From positions 84,978 through 148,977 of the forward strand of contig NMRA01000097.1 of assembly GCA_002633005.1 (NCBI GenBank): DNA of 64,000 nt, in the 5' to 3' direction. Below are positions 46,201 through 58,467 of the stretch, one piece after another (the first letter of the stretch is position 1; every line of letters begins with the position of its first letter). The notes under the pieces were generated by a model that saw only the letters and a list, made by a program, of their open reading frames with translations, did not search any database and was not told the DNA's origin. A program made the translations under genes and the position numbers. The DNA is from Phoronis australis. Lineage: Eukaryota > Animalia > Phoronida.

Positions 46201-47374
46201 TTTTGATAATTTTATCTCGTTATTCCTTATTTGCTGTTTTATTTAACCTTAAGTTGTAATGACAGGCAACATCCATATTAAGGTTATTTGAAGAAAAACC
46301 TTACCTCATGTTTCGAATTTTGTGACACTTCCGTTTGTTATGAAAAGTTGTGTGGATATTGAATAGGAACAAACTGAAAGTAATGATAATGCCAGCACTA
46401 TCAACCCGCATTGCATTGTGTATATTTTTTTATTGACATAGACACTTTGTTATTCTGTATTTTCAGGTCTTTTGGACTGGTCTCCCATGTAAAAATTTCC
46501 ACTTGCTTATGTGTTTGGGCATCTTAGATATGCAGAAAAATGTGATGATGGAGAACGACTTTCACTTCACGGAAATTCTCAGGGTTTGTAAAGTTGTATT
46601 GACGAAATCATTTTCATCATGTTGCTTTCAAAAATTATTTGGTACTTAGTTTAACAAGTACAGGTTCTCCAGTATGTTTTTTGCTACTGTCAGCATTGCT
46701 ATCGACATAAGTATCTCGTAATATTGCTCAGAGATTACGCGACGGTCAGTCAATTCAAGTTATGTTCTTGATCAAAGTGGCTTAGTCTCTATTCTAGTGT
46801 GCCTGTCATGAACCTGTGATAAGAATATTGAGTGAGTTGAAGAATTGAAAATCATTTCTAGCACTGTTGATTCAGGAAGTTTATATTTATAGTTTTTTTA
46901 TTGCAAATCTTATTTTTGGCAATGTTGCCGACAAATATTGTTCACAGTATTCTATTTTTACTTCCTAATAAATTGTACCTACAAAATCAAATCGACATTT
47001 TTTGATTAATTGGCGCATGTCTTTTTTGACAGCACATCAACGACCTGTCCTGCCAGATAGACGTCGAGGAAACTTTGAAACTGGGTGAAGCAATATACCT
47101 CCAGCTGTGCGAGGCTGAATCTGTTCCCAAGGACGTTAAGCTCATTGTTGGTCTGACTCTGGATCGTGACGACTCAACTGACCAATCACGGTACACAACA
47201 CCAGCACAGACACCAGAGGGTGCCGTTGGTGGCGTCACCGATGACTGCTTGTCCTTGCCATTAATGGAACATGCTGGTAGTGCCGCTAGCTCGGCTGCAA
47301 ACACACGTGCCACAACACCAGACATAGACAGTAATATGGAGATGTTTGAAGAACTTATTGGAGTGATGACGTGA
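31228..47374 (+). CDS. TBC1D15: TBC1 domain family member 15/17 Rab-GAP, ~659 aa
   Basis: Exons 31228-31242 (GC donor, tentative), 32561-32665, 34697-34835, 36346-36559, 38435-38546, 39124-39312, 40484-40612, 41257-41363, 41762-41856, 42736-42852, 43447-43547, 44011-44110, 45116-45213, 46467-46583, 47033-47374 form one open frame. Motifs YEQDGVFIH, GWSYLVF..PALHFH.GG, GFSKVTN, LIR GFEVI, IDKDVMRTDR (R-finger), GYVQGMSDL (Q-finger), FCFRWLL. Confidence 0.93.
33250..34450 (+). mobile_element. 5'-truncated, degenerate RTE-clade LINE (RT C-terminal half)
   Basis: Disrupted RT motifs GVKQGCLLSPFLFNLVID and DLDYADNIALL. ORF 33943-34440 has TKLRLFNSNVKSVLLYGSETW..CLRKILRIQWP..WRWIGHTLR..GKRNRGRPR.TW. 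(TGA)n tail. Confidence 0.9.
35066..35630. mobile_element. Foldback element with ~90-bp inverted arms enclosing a tRNA-like segment and a hAT-like fragment
   Basis: 35066-35158 is the reverse complement of ~35536-35630. Minus strand 35157-35224 has A box tggctcagtgg and B box gggttcaaaacc. Confidence 0.6.
41917..42325. mobile_element. Dispersed repeat (putative non-autonomous DNA transposon)
   Basis: ctagaaaaatggccaa..tggctaactt and downstream sequence shared with ~49741-50070 and ~35890-36195. Confidence 0.55.
42595..42715 (+). repeat. ~38-bp tandem repeat, ~3.5 copies
   Basis: tgtccacctaacaccagcagacaggatgttgacttttc units just upstream of a TBC1D15 acceptor. Confidence 0.8.
43536..43785 (+). 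repeat. ~62-bp tandem repeat x4 spanning an exon/intron junction
   Basis: Units atggacatggtg|gtaaggcttccaggagat.. at 43536, 43599, 43658 and 43721. Confidence 0.8.
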
Positions 47375-48742
47375 TTTGCTGTGAACTTACCAGTTCCTTG
47401 ACAATTGGTCATAGCAGGGTAAAGAAAGGACCCAGTGCCTGTATTTGTAAACTCTTTGGATAGTCAGGTGTGAATTACAGTTGGGTCAAGAAGGAGTTAA
47501 AGCTCCTTGGTTCGAGACAGTGTCTGGTCTCTACCAAGTGTGTGCTCAAATCCTCGGCTATGGATTTAGAGATCCGAATGATAATCCTGTTTCTCGCTCC
47601 TTATGGATAACCTGGATTCTTTGAATATTACAAAAATAATTTCCGTTCATGGAAAATTTTCAAAAGGTATAAAAACCCAAACTTAGCTTGTCATTTGTGG
47701 AGTTATTTTATTCAGTTATCCAGAGCCACAATCTTTATGTCTGCTTTTTGTGGAAAATTGGAATTGAATGGAAGATGCGTGGTGAGTACTCACGGTGATT
47801 ATAGCACTTTTGGATCTAATCTCGTTATTCTCTCTTCATAAGCATATTACTTTTATTGAGACCAGTCATTGGGTTTTCGAGGTTGTGGCCGAGTGTTTGA
47901 GTCTGCCGACTGGATTGGTCTTTACTCTGATATGACATGGGGCTTAGGATTGTCTGTTTAGAGTGGACGTTTATCATAGGTGCCATGTATGAAATATGTG
48001 TCTCTGTCACCTTGGTTAGGTCAGAGCTCAGGTTCAACTCAATTTTTATCCATTCTCATGGGTAGTAGGGGATTCATGAAACTTCAATAAAGCAAGTTTA
48101 CTTTTTGCCTTTTTGATGCAATGACTGTGTCTTGATTTTTATGCTATGTTGTTTAAACCTTTATTTAAAGGGGCTTTAAACTTGCCTTTTGTCACAAAAA
48201 AATCATAAATAATTTAGATGACTCACTATGATGATATTGGTCTCTATTTGACGACAGTCAAAATAAATGCAATTTCTGGACTTGGGGAGAATTAACATTC
48301 TGTGATTGTTTGAGACCATGTTCTACAAACAGAAATTTTATTCTTCAACATCAAAATTTAGGTAAACCAACTATAATGCATTTCTGGAATGTGTTTTTAT
48401 GATTTTGTAGTGGATTCCTGGTGGATAAGCTGTATTTTACACAAAAGACTGTCTGTATAATAAAATGTAAGACGACAATATCTTGTACTTCTTTTTGTGT
48501 GTATGCGGGTGGGTGTGCAGTCTCATCTCAGACCAGGTGTTGGGTATCTGCTGCTGTATCTCCCAAACCTCCCACAGGATCTTGGCGGATGTTCTTATGA
48601 AGGTTACGTCTTGACGATGAATTTTGGACCTTTCCCATGGTGTGTTCACTAGTAGCAATTATATTTTTTTTACGTTTTTGTCTCTGCATCTTTAGAGTTC
48701 GTGGTGTATTTTCATAAAATTTAGCAAAAATGCGTACATTAA

Positions 48743-48957
48743 CTGGTGATTTAGGTAAGGGGTTTTAGGATTCGCGCGAATCCGAGGCGCGTAGTGCCCA
48801 GAGGGGTTCGAGGTTGGGAGGGTCTTTCCCCTAATGTGTAAGATTTCTGGTTTTTGTAGTCGATTTCATTTTCAAGGAGACTTTTTTAATTTTGATTTTT
48901 GATCCTGTCCAGGGGGTTAACCCCTGAACCCTCCCCCTCCCCGTAGATCCGCCTCTG
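48743..48957. mobile_element. MITE with 5-bp TSD (hAT5-like), left end degenerate
   Basis: Right end tagatccgcctctg. TSD attaa at 48738-42 and 48958-62. Confidence 0.55.
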
Positions 48958-49457
48958 ATTAAGAAGATGACTGTACCTTTCTATTTTCGGATGGATTTGG
49001 TTTATTTTGCTTCACCTAGTATACACCCGTACCCAGCATGTGACTTGGGAGGTGGGAAGCTAATAGAAACCAATCAAATTCGCACCTCATTATGTAGACT
49101 ATTACCCCCTCGTCATGTGAAGACATCATGCTACACGCGACATTAAGTTTCATTATGCATGGGCCAACATTATCCATCATTGGAAATGAACAAGAAAGAG
49201 AAAATATCCAATGTTTGTGGATGTGGCTAGAGGCAGTTTTCAAAGTGTTGTGTTAAAGCTGTGTCCTCTTGGTTCGTGAAATGTATGTTGACGAAACTGA
49301 TAGTCGGTAACGCAGGATCGCACTCGTTTCTGAGAAACAATGTAGCATACAAGGACAAAAGCCAAGTATACTAAAGTGAAATGACGTCAAACTATGACAA
49401 AGTGTATATTATGAAATAGACACTTAACTGCAGTGGACACCGGAATAGCTTACTGAC

Positions 49458-49690
49458 CATGCGCGCACACAACGNAGCCCCCCCCCCCCCATTTGGTGAT
49501 TTGGGCAAAAAGGTCATCCTTAGAGAAACAAAAAGTAGAAAACAGACAGAAGTCCGCTAAAGAGGCAGGAAACAAAACTCGGCAAATGCGCAATTCATAG
49601 CTCAGAACGTATCCCGCTTTTCTTTTACTATAAGGTCCATATTCCCAAAAATTCTAGCCCCCCCCCCTTTTTAGGCTGGGTGCGCGCATG
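49458..49690. mobile_element. MITE with 5-bp TSD (hAT5-like)
   Basis: TIR catgcgcgcac / gtgcgcgcatg. TSD ctgac at 49453-57 and 49691-95. Confidence 0.75.
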
Positions 49691-50949
49691 CTGACTACAA
49701 AATATCACGACTCCTCTCAAAATATCGGGCATCTCAAGTTCTTGAAGGTTATATCAAACTAGAAAAATGGCCAATTTGGCTAACTTCAGAACGTTGTCCC
49801 AGTCTCGCAAATGGCTTATCGGATTATTTCAAACTTTCTGATATTATGCCTAGTGCACTTCTCTACAAAACGCGTTTAGGAATTGCTTTTAAAATGTTGC
49901 AATTTTGTATTAGAAGATATCAAAAATATGAGTTATAGTGTTTTTATGAAAAATAAAGGTTGGATAAAACAAAAATAAAGCAATATTAAAAAACATCAGC
50001 AACAGAGATTTTATCTTGAACATTTGAATCAAACAAAATTTGGTCACTGTAGATCTATTGATGCCGTGATGAATCGTGGTGATTGCCGATAACAATGGCT
50101 TACTGTCAAAAATTAGAATCTCATTTGTGTTCACGAAATCTCCGTACTTTTCATATTGAGTGTTGTCTGTCTTAATATCATGCGCCTCAGCAGTTTACTG
50201 GGGCTAACCGAATGTTTATAAAAGAACATAAATTGTATACCAAAAAATATATCTGGAACTGAACGATACGCCTACAGCAATGCACATTGTCGATCAAAAA
50301 CAGTTTGAACACTATAAACTGATAGAAGGCCTTTCAAAATACAAGTTAAGCAATGAATCAACTAGACGAGAAGACCCCTAGCCACGCATGCGAAAATGGC
50401 ACAGTATGATCTCACCTGTTGATGGAGTGTACACATGCATTACGTCATCACGTGAGGGGGTTGGAAAAGATGATGATTTTCGACAGAGAAAGCCTAAGTA
50501 AGAAGAGTTAGTCTCATAGTGACGTCATCAAGCGCTTTATTAGAACCGGAACCTGCCACCTCACGCTTCTAAGATTTGATGACATTTTATTAAGCCTGCC
50601 TTATCAACATATACACAGACCAACGACAGCCCCTCGGCCATCGGCAGACAATACAGTGATCGACGAAGGGCATCAGGGCATGATCACTGGACATCCAGCG
50701 ACAGGCGTGGTCATGTTTTGCAGTTGCGGACGGGGTTTTCCTTGTGAGCTTGTTACATATAAATGCAGTTTTGCGACGGATTTTTTTTCATTTTTGCAAC
50801 CAATATGCCAGATTGTTTTATTGTAATTTTACACTACTATATCTCAAGTTTCAATGTTAAATCTCAAGTTTCAAGTTAGCTCTACAGATTGCCGCCGGGA
50901 TTCAGTGGAGACTGGCCACAGAGTACAACAGAATGCATCCACTACTCAT

Positions 50950-52355
50950 GCACCGCAAATGGTGAGCTTCAAGGGGTGTTTTGGTATCATAAAAATGACC
51001 ATCACTGGCGCAGAATATGTCAAACCCGGCAGTCCGAAATGGGAAGTCTTCATCTCTCTATAACAAAAATATTTACGAAATTCACTAAAGAACTCCAAAG
51101 TTATAAGTGCAAACGTAGAAACTAAAATTGCCACTAGCGTACACAGACGTTAGTCATAACCCGCCATCATAGAACTCACACTCTAACGTCACAGATAACG
51201 TGTGAAGGACCCCAACCAATTTAAATGGTCTGTGCAGGAGACAGCGATAGTCAGACGTCCGTTCGTAGTGAACAGTCACTGTCAAATTTAATAACAGATC
51301 TACAGCCAAGGTCTCAAAAATACAAAATCACTGCAAGAGCTAGGCCGCCAGGGTTGTTAAACCCAGTGAACTACATCTTAATTAATCTCATTGGTTTGAA
51401 ATCGCCTTCAGCAATGGTCTTCTCATCAGGAACGCAACTGCAGAGTTTAAAAATGATCCATTGAGCTGCTTGGTGGACAATAAAAACAGCCAGCAGGTGT
51501 TGCAGAATATGTCGAATCTTCTCAATAATAAATAGGCATGTTTGCCAAAATTCACGAAAGTCCACCTGTAATTCAAACAACAGAGGCAAAAGTAAAAAAT
51601 GTAAAATTGCCATGCACTAAGGGGCATAGCTGCATAGCTATAGTCCAATTGGTCCGACACTCGTAGTTATCTGTTGCCAACTCCGTAGGAACACAACTGC
51701 CAAAATTTCAAAAAGATCCTTCAAAGAGTTAAGAGGGTACAGCTATGGACATAAAAATGCCACTAAGAAGCGCCAGAGCAATAAACCCGCTCGAAAATCA
51801 ACGACATTTGCGGTCTTCTCATCAGGAACAAATCTGCATTGTTCGTGATGAACCTCTGAAATCCTTGCAGACTGAGGCGAATCTACAGAGGGTCGAAGGG
51901 GTTCAAACCTGGCCATCCCCAACGTCGGGACAGAATCAAAAATAAAAATTGAAATAATATCACCAGAAAAACGAAATCAGCTGCTAAAAACAAAAAAAAT
52001 CTATGCGCCTCGGATTCGCTACTGAAAACGTAGATCTGCCTTATCGGAGAGAGGATAATGACAAATGTACTAAAAAATTAAACTACCCTCCAGGAAGCGA
52101 AAAATTAGTTAAACCCGTTATCGCCTTCTTAATAAAAACCTACCTCCCAAATTTCATGAAAATCCACCAAGGAACTCAAAATATGCAGAGGCAAACATAA
52201 CAAATGAAATTACCTCTCGAGGACAGAGGGGAGGTCGGTTAAGTCCGAAATTTGTCGCTTCCTGCTTTCCAGTAGACGTCTTCTCAGCAACGGACGCCGG
52301 ACAGAGATGAGAGCTATATGCACCCACATATATAAATATTTTGGCTCATAAAAAG
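50950..52355 (-). mobile_element. Old, degenerate HINE related to the 4098-5868 family
   Basis: End ggacgccggacagagatgagagctatatgcacccacatatataaatattttggctcataaaaa resembles copy 1. Decayed aaaattgccacta monomers. Left boundary approximate. Confidence 0.55.
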
Positions 52356-52395
52356 CGGTCTTTTTAAAAAACACCTTGTTTCCCCACACTATCCT

Positions 52396-53218
52396 CACCC
52401 CTCTGACGCAGCTAGGTGTGAATTAAAAATTAAAATTTGTCATTAAAATCATATAGACGGAATCCCCAACGAATTGGCGGTTCTTCCAAAAAAGAGGTGT
52501 GTGGTTGTGATAATGTAATTCGAGGCTGGGCAAGGTGGGTTCATATCATGATTACGGGTTATGTCAGAGGGGAGGGGGACGACAGACGTAATACGTGAAA
52601 GATCCTTAATCAACTAGCTTTTACGACAAAGTATTGTGGCCTACATCGGTGGGTATTTTAGTAATTACGTCTACTGACTTGCAACATCCGCGAAGTTGGT
52701 ATTTTTGATTTAGTTTTGTAACGTATTCTGGTTTTCTGGTTTGGTTTGTGATCAAAATAGAGTCCATTGGTGCGAAAACGCTTGCATTTTAGCCAGACGA
52801 CTTGTCCCAGTGAGAAGAGGTAAATTTCGTCAGCATTAGTTTGTTTTTTCAGCTCCCCGAGAGTCGCTTTTATTGATTGTGTTTGTTGTGCTTCAGCTTG
52901 ACAAGGGTAGGTGCACTTGATAGATTGTTTGCATGCATATGTAGAATTTCTACGTATCTCATATATAGCAGACAATTGTAGTCATATTGCAAAACTTTTC
53001 TTCTTATAGTCGGCATTTTGAGGCTTGTAGATCGTGAGCAATTAAGTTATTTCTTGGCCATTGTCGGTCTCAAATTACATTCATTTGAACTTTTAAAAAA
53101 TATGACCGTTACAATCAGACTCAAAAGAAGTCGTAGCAGAAATCCATTGTTCGGAACATTTTAATGTCCACTGCATTCAGTTTGAGGACCGAATGGGTTC
53201 TGCGTCAAAAAAGTTAAC
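52396..53218. mobile_element. Possible piggyBac-like non-autonomous element
   Basis: Imperfect ends tcacccctctgacgcag / ctgcgtcaaaaaagttaa; TTAA seen on the right side only. Confidence 0.35.
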
Positions 53219-54162
53219 TTCAATTGAATTTTTATTCATTGTTATAATTTTCCACGAATCCATTTTTCTTTGAAAGCATTCACACCACAAAATATTGAAA
53301 GCTACATTGTAAAACGTTAGTCAGGAGACATTGTAAAGTGTTAGTCGGGAGCATCTCACACAACAACAAGCAAACAGTGGCTCTATATGGCATACTGATG
53401 ACAAAGTGGAAAAATGCACCCATTAAAAAATGAATCATCCGGCGTTGTAATTTGTTTTGTTTTGCATGCACGTGTTTTTGGCGCACCCCAAAAGCGCTAC
53501 AAGGCGCCCTAAAAGTGTTTTGACGCTCCAAAAAGCGCGTTTGCACACCCTCCCTCTATAAGAGCCTACACTGAGTACAGAAGACCTGGGACACCTCGGC
53601 CTCCCTTCCACACCACCAGTGCACGCAAACAAATATATATCGCCTGGGAAACTTGAAGGCATTGATTTATTTAGAAAAGGATGTCACATTCACACTCAGT
53701 CTTAAAAAACATCAAGATCAACCCGGACCGGCCGGGCTTCGTTACGATGCGATTTCTTAAAGTCCATAGGCGGATTTAGGAGGGGGGTGGGTCAAACCTA
53801 ACTTAAGACGATTTCCAAAGCAATCGCGTCAGGCCAACACAAAAAATGGATTTGATCTTTTGGGCAATTGAAGACTATTTTAAATACAACAAATTTGTTA
53901 CGAACTGATTGCACAAAATATAAAACGTGTAATAAGCATTACAAAAAGAAGTAGGTTTCGCGCGCAAACGCTGTGGTCTCTTGCACTTAGAATTAAATCA
54001 GAAGTTCAATCGTGGTGGTGCAGTAAAGCACGCGCGCTTCATCCGCCAGGTCGTGAGATCGACTCTGTGTTAGGCCCTACTTGCAGTTTTTACTGTTTGA
54101 CATGTTCTCCGTGTTTTTTTTTGTTTTTATTTTTTTTGCCTTTTTTCTTGGATAATACATCA

Positions 54163-54219
54163 GCCTTGCGTTCAATAAGGCAAGCGCTTCGAAGCGCTTT
54201 GCCTTATTGAACGCAAGGC
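54163..54219. repeat. Loopless 57-bp palindrome
   Basis: gccttgcgttcaataaggcaagcgcttc|gaagcgctttgccttattgaacgcaaggc (one extra base). Confidence 0.9.
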
Positions 54220-56179
54220 AGGGATCAAGGAAAATGCTTGATTTTTAGAGGAAAAAACAGAAAAATTTGATGGGCGGTGCTATGCGCATCTACAATGTGC
54301 TTTGCGCAAATGTTTACAGACAAAATGTTGCCCCCCCTTGTAGACCGGCAGCCCACAGCACTTAGCATAGATGAACGAGGTACCAACATCTGACCACGGG
54401 AGCATTTAGAATCCACCCCAGTGTGCACAGAAATGGACGTCTGCCGTTGTCTGCACTCTGGGTGTGACCCCTGGGGGCCTTACAAAGGGCCCAAAAAATG
54501 AGCTAGACTAGATATTCGAGGTACCAACCAAAACTGATTTAAAACGAACAATAGCACCGCAATGAACACGGAATGACCCATGACAGACAAATTGCACTCT
54601 GGAATGGGTCCGGCAGAAACCAAAAAAGGACCCCCCAAAAATGAGCTAGCACATACATTCGAGGTACCACACAAAACCAATTCCATATGATTAAATACAT
54701 GTCACAGATCACTAAATGCCCTATGACAGACAAATTACACTCTGGATTGTGCCCGGCAGAAACCCCCAAAAATCTCAACCATGGTATGCCATCAAAAATT
54801 TGAGCTAGACTAGATTTTCGAAGTACCGGCCAAAACTGGTTTTAAACGAACAAAAGTACCGCACTGAACACCAAATGACCCATGACAGACAAATTGTACT
54901 CTGGAATGTGTCCGGCAGAAACCAAAAAAGGACTCCCCAAAAATGAGCTAGCACACACATCCGAGGTACCACACAAAGCCAATTAAATGCGACTCAATAC
55001 ATGTCACGGATCACTAAATGCCCTATGACAGACAAATTACACTCTGGATTGTGCCCGGCAGAAACCCCCAAAAATCTAAACCATAGTATGCCATCGAATT
55101 TGAGCTAGACTAGATTTTCGAGGTACCGGCTAAAACTGGTTTTAAACGAACAATAGTACCGCACTGAACACCAAATGACCCATGACAGACAAATTACACT
55201 CTGGAATGGGTCCGGCAGAAACCAAAAAAGCCCCCCCCCCCCAAGAAAAAAATGAGCCAGTACATACATTCGAGGTACCACACAAAACCAATTCCATGAG
55301 ATTCAATACATGTGACAGGTCACTAAATGCCCTATGACAGACAAAATACACTCTGGATTGTGCGTGGCAGAAACTCTCAAAAATCTCAAGCACAGTATAA
55401 TTATGCTATCGAAACTTTGAGGTACATTAGATACCCGAGGTACCGGCTAAAACTGACTTCAGTTAAAACCAATAATCGTGCCGCACCAGAGACCCACGAC
55501 AGACAACAAAGTGTGCTGTGGAAGGCGTTCGCCAGAAACTCAATTACACCGTAAAAGGAGCTAGGTCACCATTCGAGGTACCACAATAAACAATTCCATG
55601 TGATTCAAATAGATATACCCTATGACAGTTAAACGCCAACCCCAGAAAACTCAACTACCGGTAAGTCATTTTGGAAATATATGACATATTAGATGAGTTT
55701 TACTTTTGCGTCTACTGAGCTCTCACCGGCACTGGTTGTCAAATAGATGATGGCGGAGAGTAAGTATTTTGGAAAGTACCTGATAACAGTAAAACTTTGG
55801 GATACCAGGAACTGTCTAAAACCAATCCACTCAATGAACTTTAAGAACGCAAATTGTGTAAAATATAAAGCGCTATCAAAACTGCCAACAGAAAGGATAC
55901 GTCAGTGATAACATATGGCCCCTAAATTTGCGCTAGATCGAGGAACCACGAAAATTATTTCCAAAGAGCCCTTTCATCCCATTGACTACTAAACAATACG
56001 TTGAAAGAGTGAAAGTAACAGACGTGTTTTTAAAAACCTTCTTTAATCAAAATAAACTACATGAAATAGAGCAACACTTTCAAACAGCATCGTAACAGAT
56101 AATTAAAATCACTGTGTCGACGAGAACGTCAAGCTACTACATGTATATGTTTAATGTCAACAGTAGTTTCCTGTTAGTT

Positions 56180-57028
56180 TTTAATACGTTTCAATATCAG
56201 ATCCGTCACTGCTACTCCAGCTTGATTCGGGCTCGCTTGTTTCGTCATAGCCCATTTCCTCTACCTATTGATCGGCTTGGATTTCTTGTAAAAGACCAGC
56301 ATCTTCAAAAAGGACACCAGGAACGGCAGATCCACAAAACCATTCGGGAGTGTAATATCCATCTTGTACCTTCCAACCGTAGGTAAGAGGATCCAAACCG
56401 TTTCCCGGATTGGCCAAATCCACTTGACCCCAAAGCAAGGCAACATAATGGGCTCGTTTGAGCTTGTTCAACAGTGTCTTTCGGCAAGGAGGAAGCAATG
56501 CGCAGTCAATCTTCTTGATGTTGGACATCGGCTTTTCCTGAAATAAATAGTGAGAAAATTTTATTGACGAGGGACCAATTGTCTAAAAGCTGACGAACAA
56601 AAACATAAAACCTCACCACCATTTACTGTTTTTTAAGTATGACGTGAAACTGGGCCTTTTGGTTTAACACAATGAAAACATTTGAAATTATTTTCGTTGC
56701 TTTTATGAACTATATTTTATCAATTACAGTTATTACCTTGTTCATTTTTCCGGTCATCTCGATTAATTTCAGATATCTCGCTTCATTGACATCTTTGACT
56801 CCTTCCTTCACTAAATAGGAGGCATATATTCTTCTAACTTTCTTTCGTCTGGGACATCTACGCTTATTAAATCTGAGAAAAAGCTGATAAGTGTCCCAGA
56901 TGAGTCTTTCATCAGGATTTCCAGAGGCCTCACTTTCCCTTTCCTATACATTGTTGCTGTGACGTCACACCCTGTCATTGCATGCAGACCAGGCAATGCT
57001 GCAGCGAGACCCTTTGTTACAGAAACAC
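56180..57028 (-). pseudogene. Academ transposase C-terminal (XPG-like) remnant with intron 56736-56538 and frameshifts
   Basis: ALPGLHAMTGCDVTATMYRKGKVRPL, VNEARY, LLPPCRKTLLNKLKRAHYVALLW, LDPLTYGW, PEWF, followed by an acidic tail. Confidence 0.8.
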
Positions 57029-57038
57029 GTCGTTGTTT

Positions 57039-58467
57039 TTATGATCGACATATGTCCCGAATAATAGATAAATGATACGTGCGTCGCAAGCTCGTTACCA
57101 GAGATGAAAAGGAGACCGAGGTAGGCGATATAAGGTCATTTATTATGACTAGTACAATTACAATAAAATGAATACAGGTAAATAACGTATAATAGGTACT
57201 CTCTGATAAGATGGGCAATAAAAAGCGCCACAAGAGATGTTGTAAGACAGCTCATGCCCATCTCCGCAGGGACGCAGGAAGGGAGAGAAAGGAAAAGAAA
57301 AGGGGTGCAGGACTACTTACAAACGCTGTCAGCCGGATACCCAACCCGGGAAGAAAATTAGATAAATGACGGAAAAACAAGGGAGAAAAAACGACCTTAA
57401 ATTCAACAAACGAACAGGTAAGCTAGAGCACAAAAGGCGGGGTACGCAAACTAAAATGAAACGAGAGAGGAACGAAAAAATCAAAGCTAAGGACAAGATA
57501 AAAAATGGCTAACAGAGAATAACAAAATAGCTAACATAAGAGAAATAAAGCAAACAATAGTCGGATTACAAAGGTAGATTAACAAGTTAAGAATAAATGA
57601 ACACAAAATATAGCCCGAGGCCTAACAAAATGTCTAAAAGGGAGTATATAAGGACTGGCAAGGTGACTTAAAAAAAATAAAATACAAAATAAACTACAAG
57701 TGAGACTAACGAGATACGGAACGAAGGGGACGGAGTGGATGGGGAAGGTGCAGGCAATACAGACACCAGCGAGGGAGGTGCAGGCAATACTGACACCAAT
57801 GGGAGGTAACGGTTGGCCTGGTGAAGGGAGGGGAAGGGAGAGACAAGAGGAAGGGGGAAATTAGGGACGAGATGGGGGGAAAACTGACATGCGGATGTAT
57901 CCGGCCCTTGACAGCGTCGGACTTCCAGCGGCCCATGCGTTGGATGACGGGCTCCGGGAGGCCGAGAGCGGCGGCAGAGGTGGCGGCGCCGATGCGGAAT
58001 CTGTGAAACTTGTAAAGGGAGGGTTCAAGGGAGGCAGAGGTTATGATGGCATTGCGCTGGTGGGTGAAGAAGGAACGTGTGACGGGGGAAGAGTCGGCGA
58101 GACGGAAAAGGGGGCCGAGCAAATGGGGGGAAAGGCCAGATAGGTCTGGAGGTGGACAACAGGACAATAAGGAGAGGGAGAGGAAGGGATGTGAAGGGTA
58201 ACGGGGGCGGAATGGTGGTGTTTGAAATTGGAGATGGTGACGGTCATGTAGGGGGGTTGAGCCGAGAGGGTGGGGAGAAAAATTGGACGGAAGAGCGTTG
58301 GAGGGTGATCGAGGAATCGGAGGAAAGGGAAGGGAGGGTAAATTCGCCGATGCGGAGGAAGGCGTGGAACGCAAGGAGGAACATGGCCTTAAAGAGGGCG
58401 ATGTGAAGGGATTGTGAATGCAAGAAGGGATAGAGCCGATGAGGGAGGTGAGGATGTCATAGGTGAT
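57039..58467 (-). mobile_element. 5'-truncated DIRS/Ngaro-type tyrosine recombinase fragment with 3' non-coding region
   Basis: Frameshifted motifs ITYDIL, LFKAMFLLAFHAFLRIGEFT, CPV, PLF, HRFRIGAATSAA, IQRMGRWKSDA..YIR at 57880-58467. Flanked by the direct repeat gtcgttgttt. Confidence 0.8.

Noticed and set aside
53530-53620. HDV-like ribozyme on the minus strand (ggccgaggtgtcccaggtcttc..)
   Set aside because: The P1 3' strand and the P2 partner are missing.
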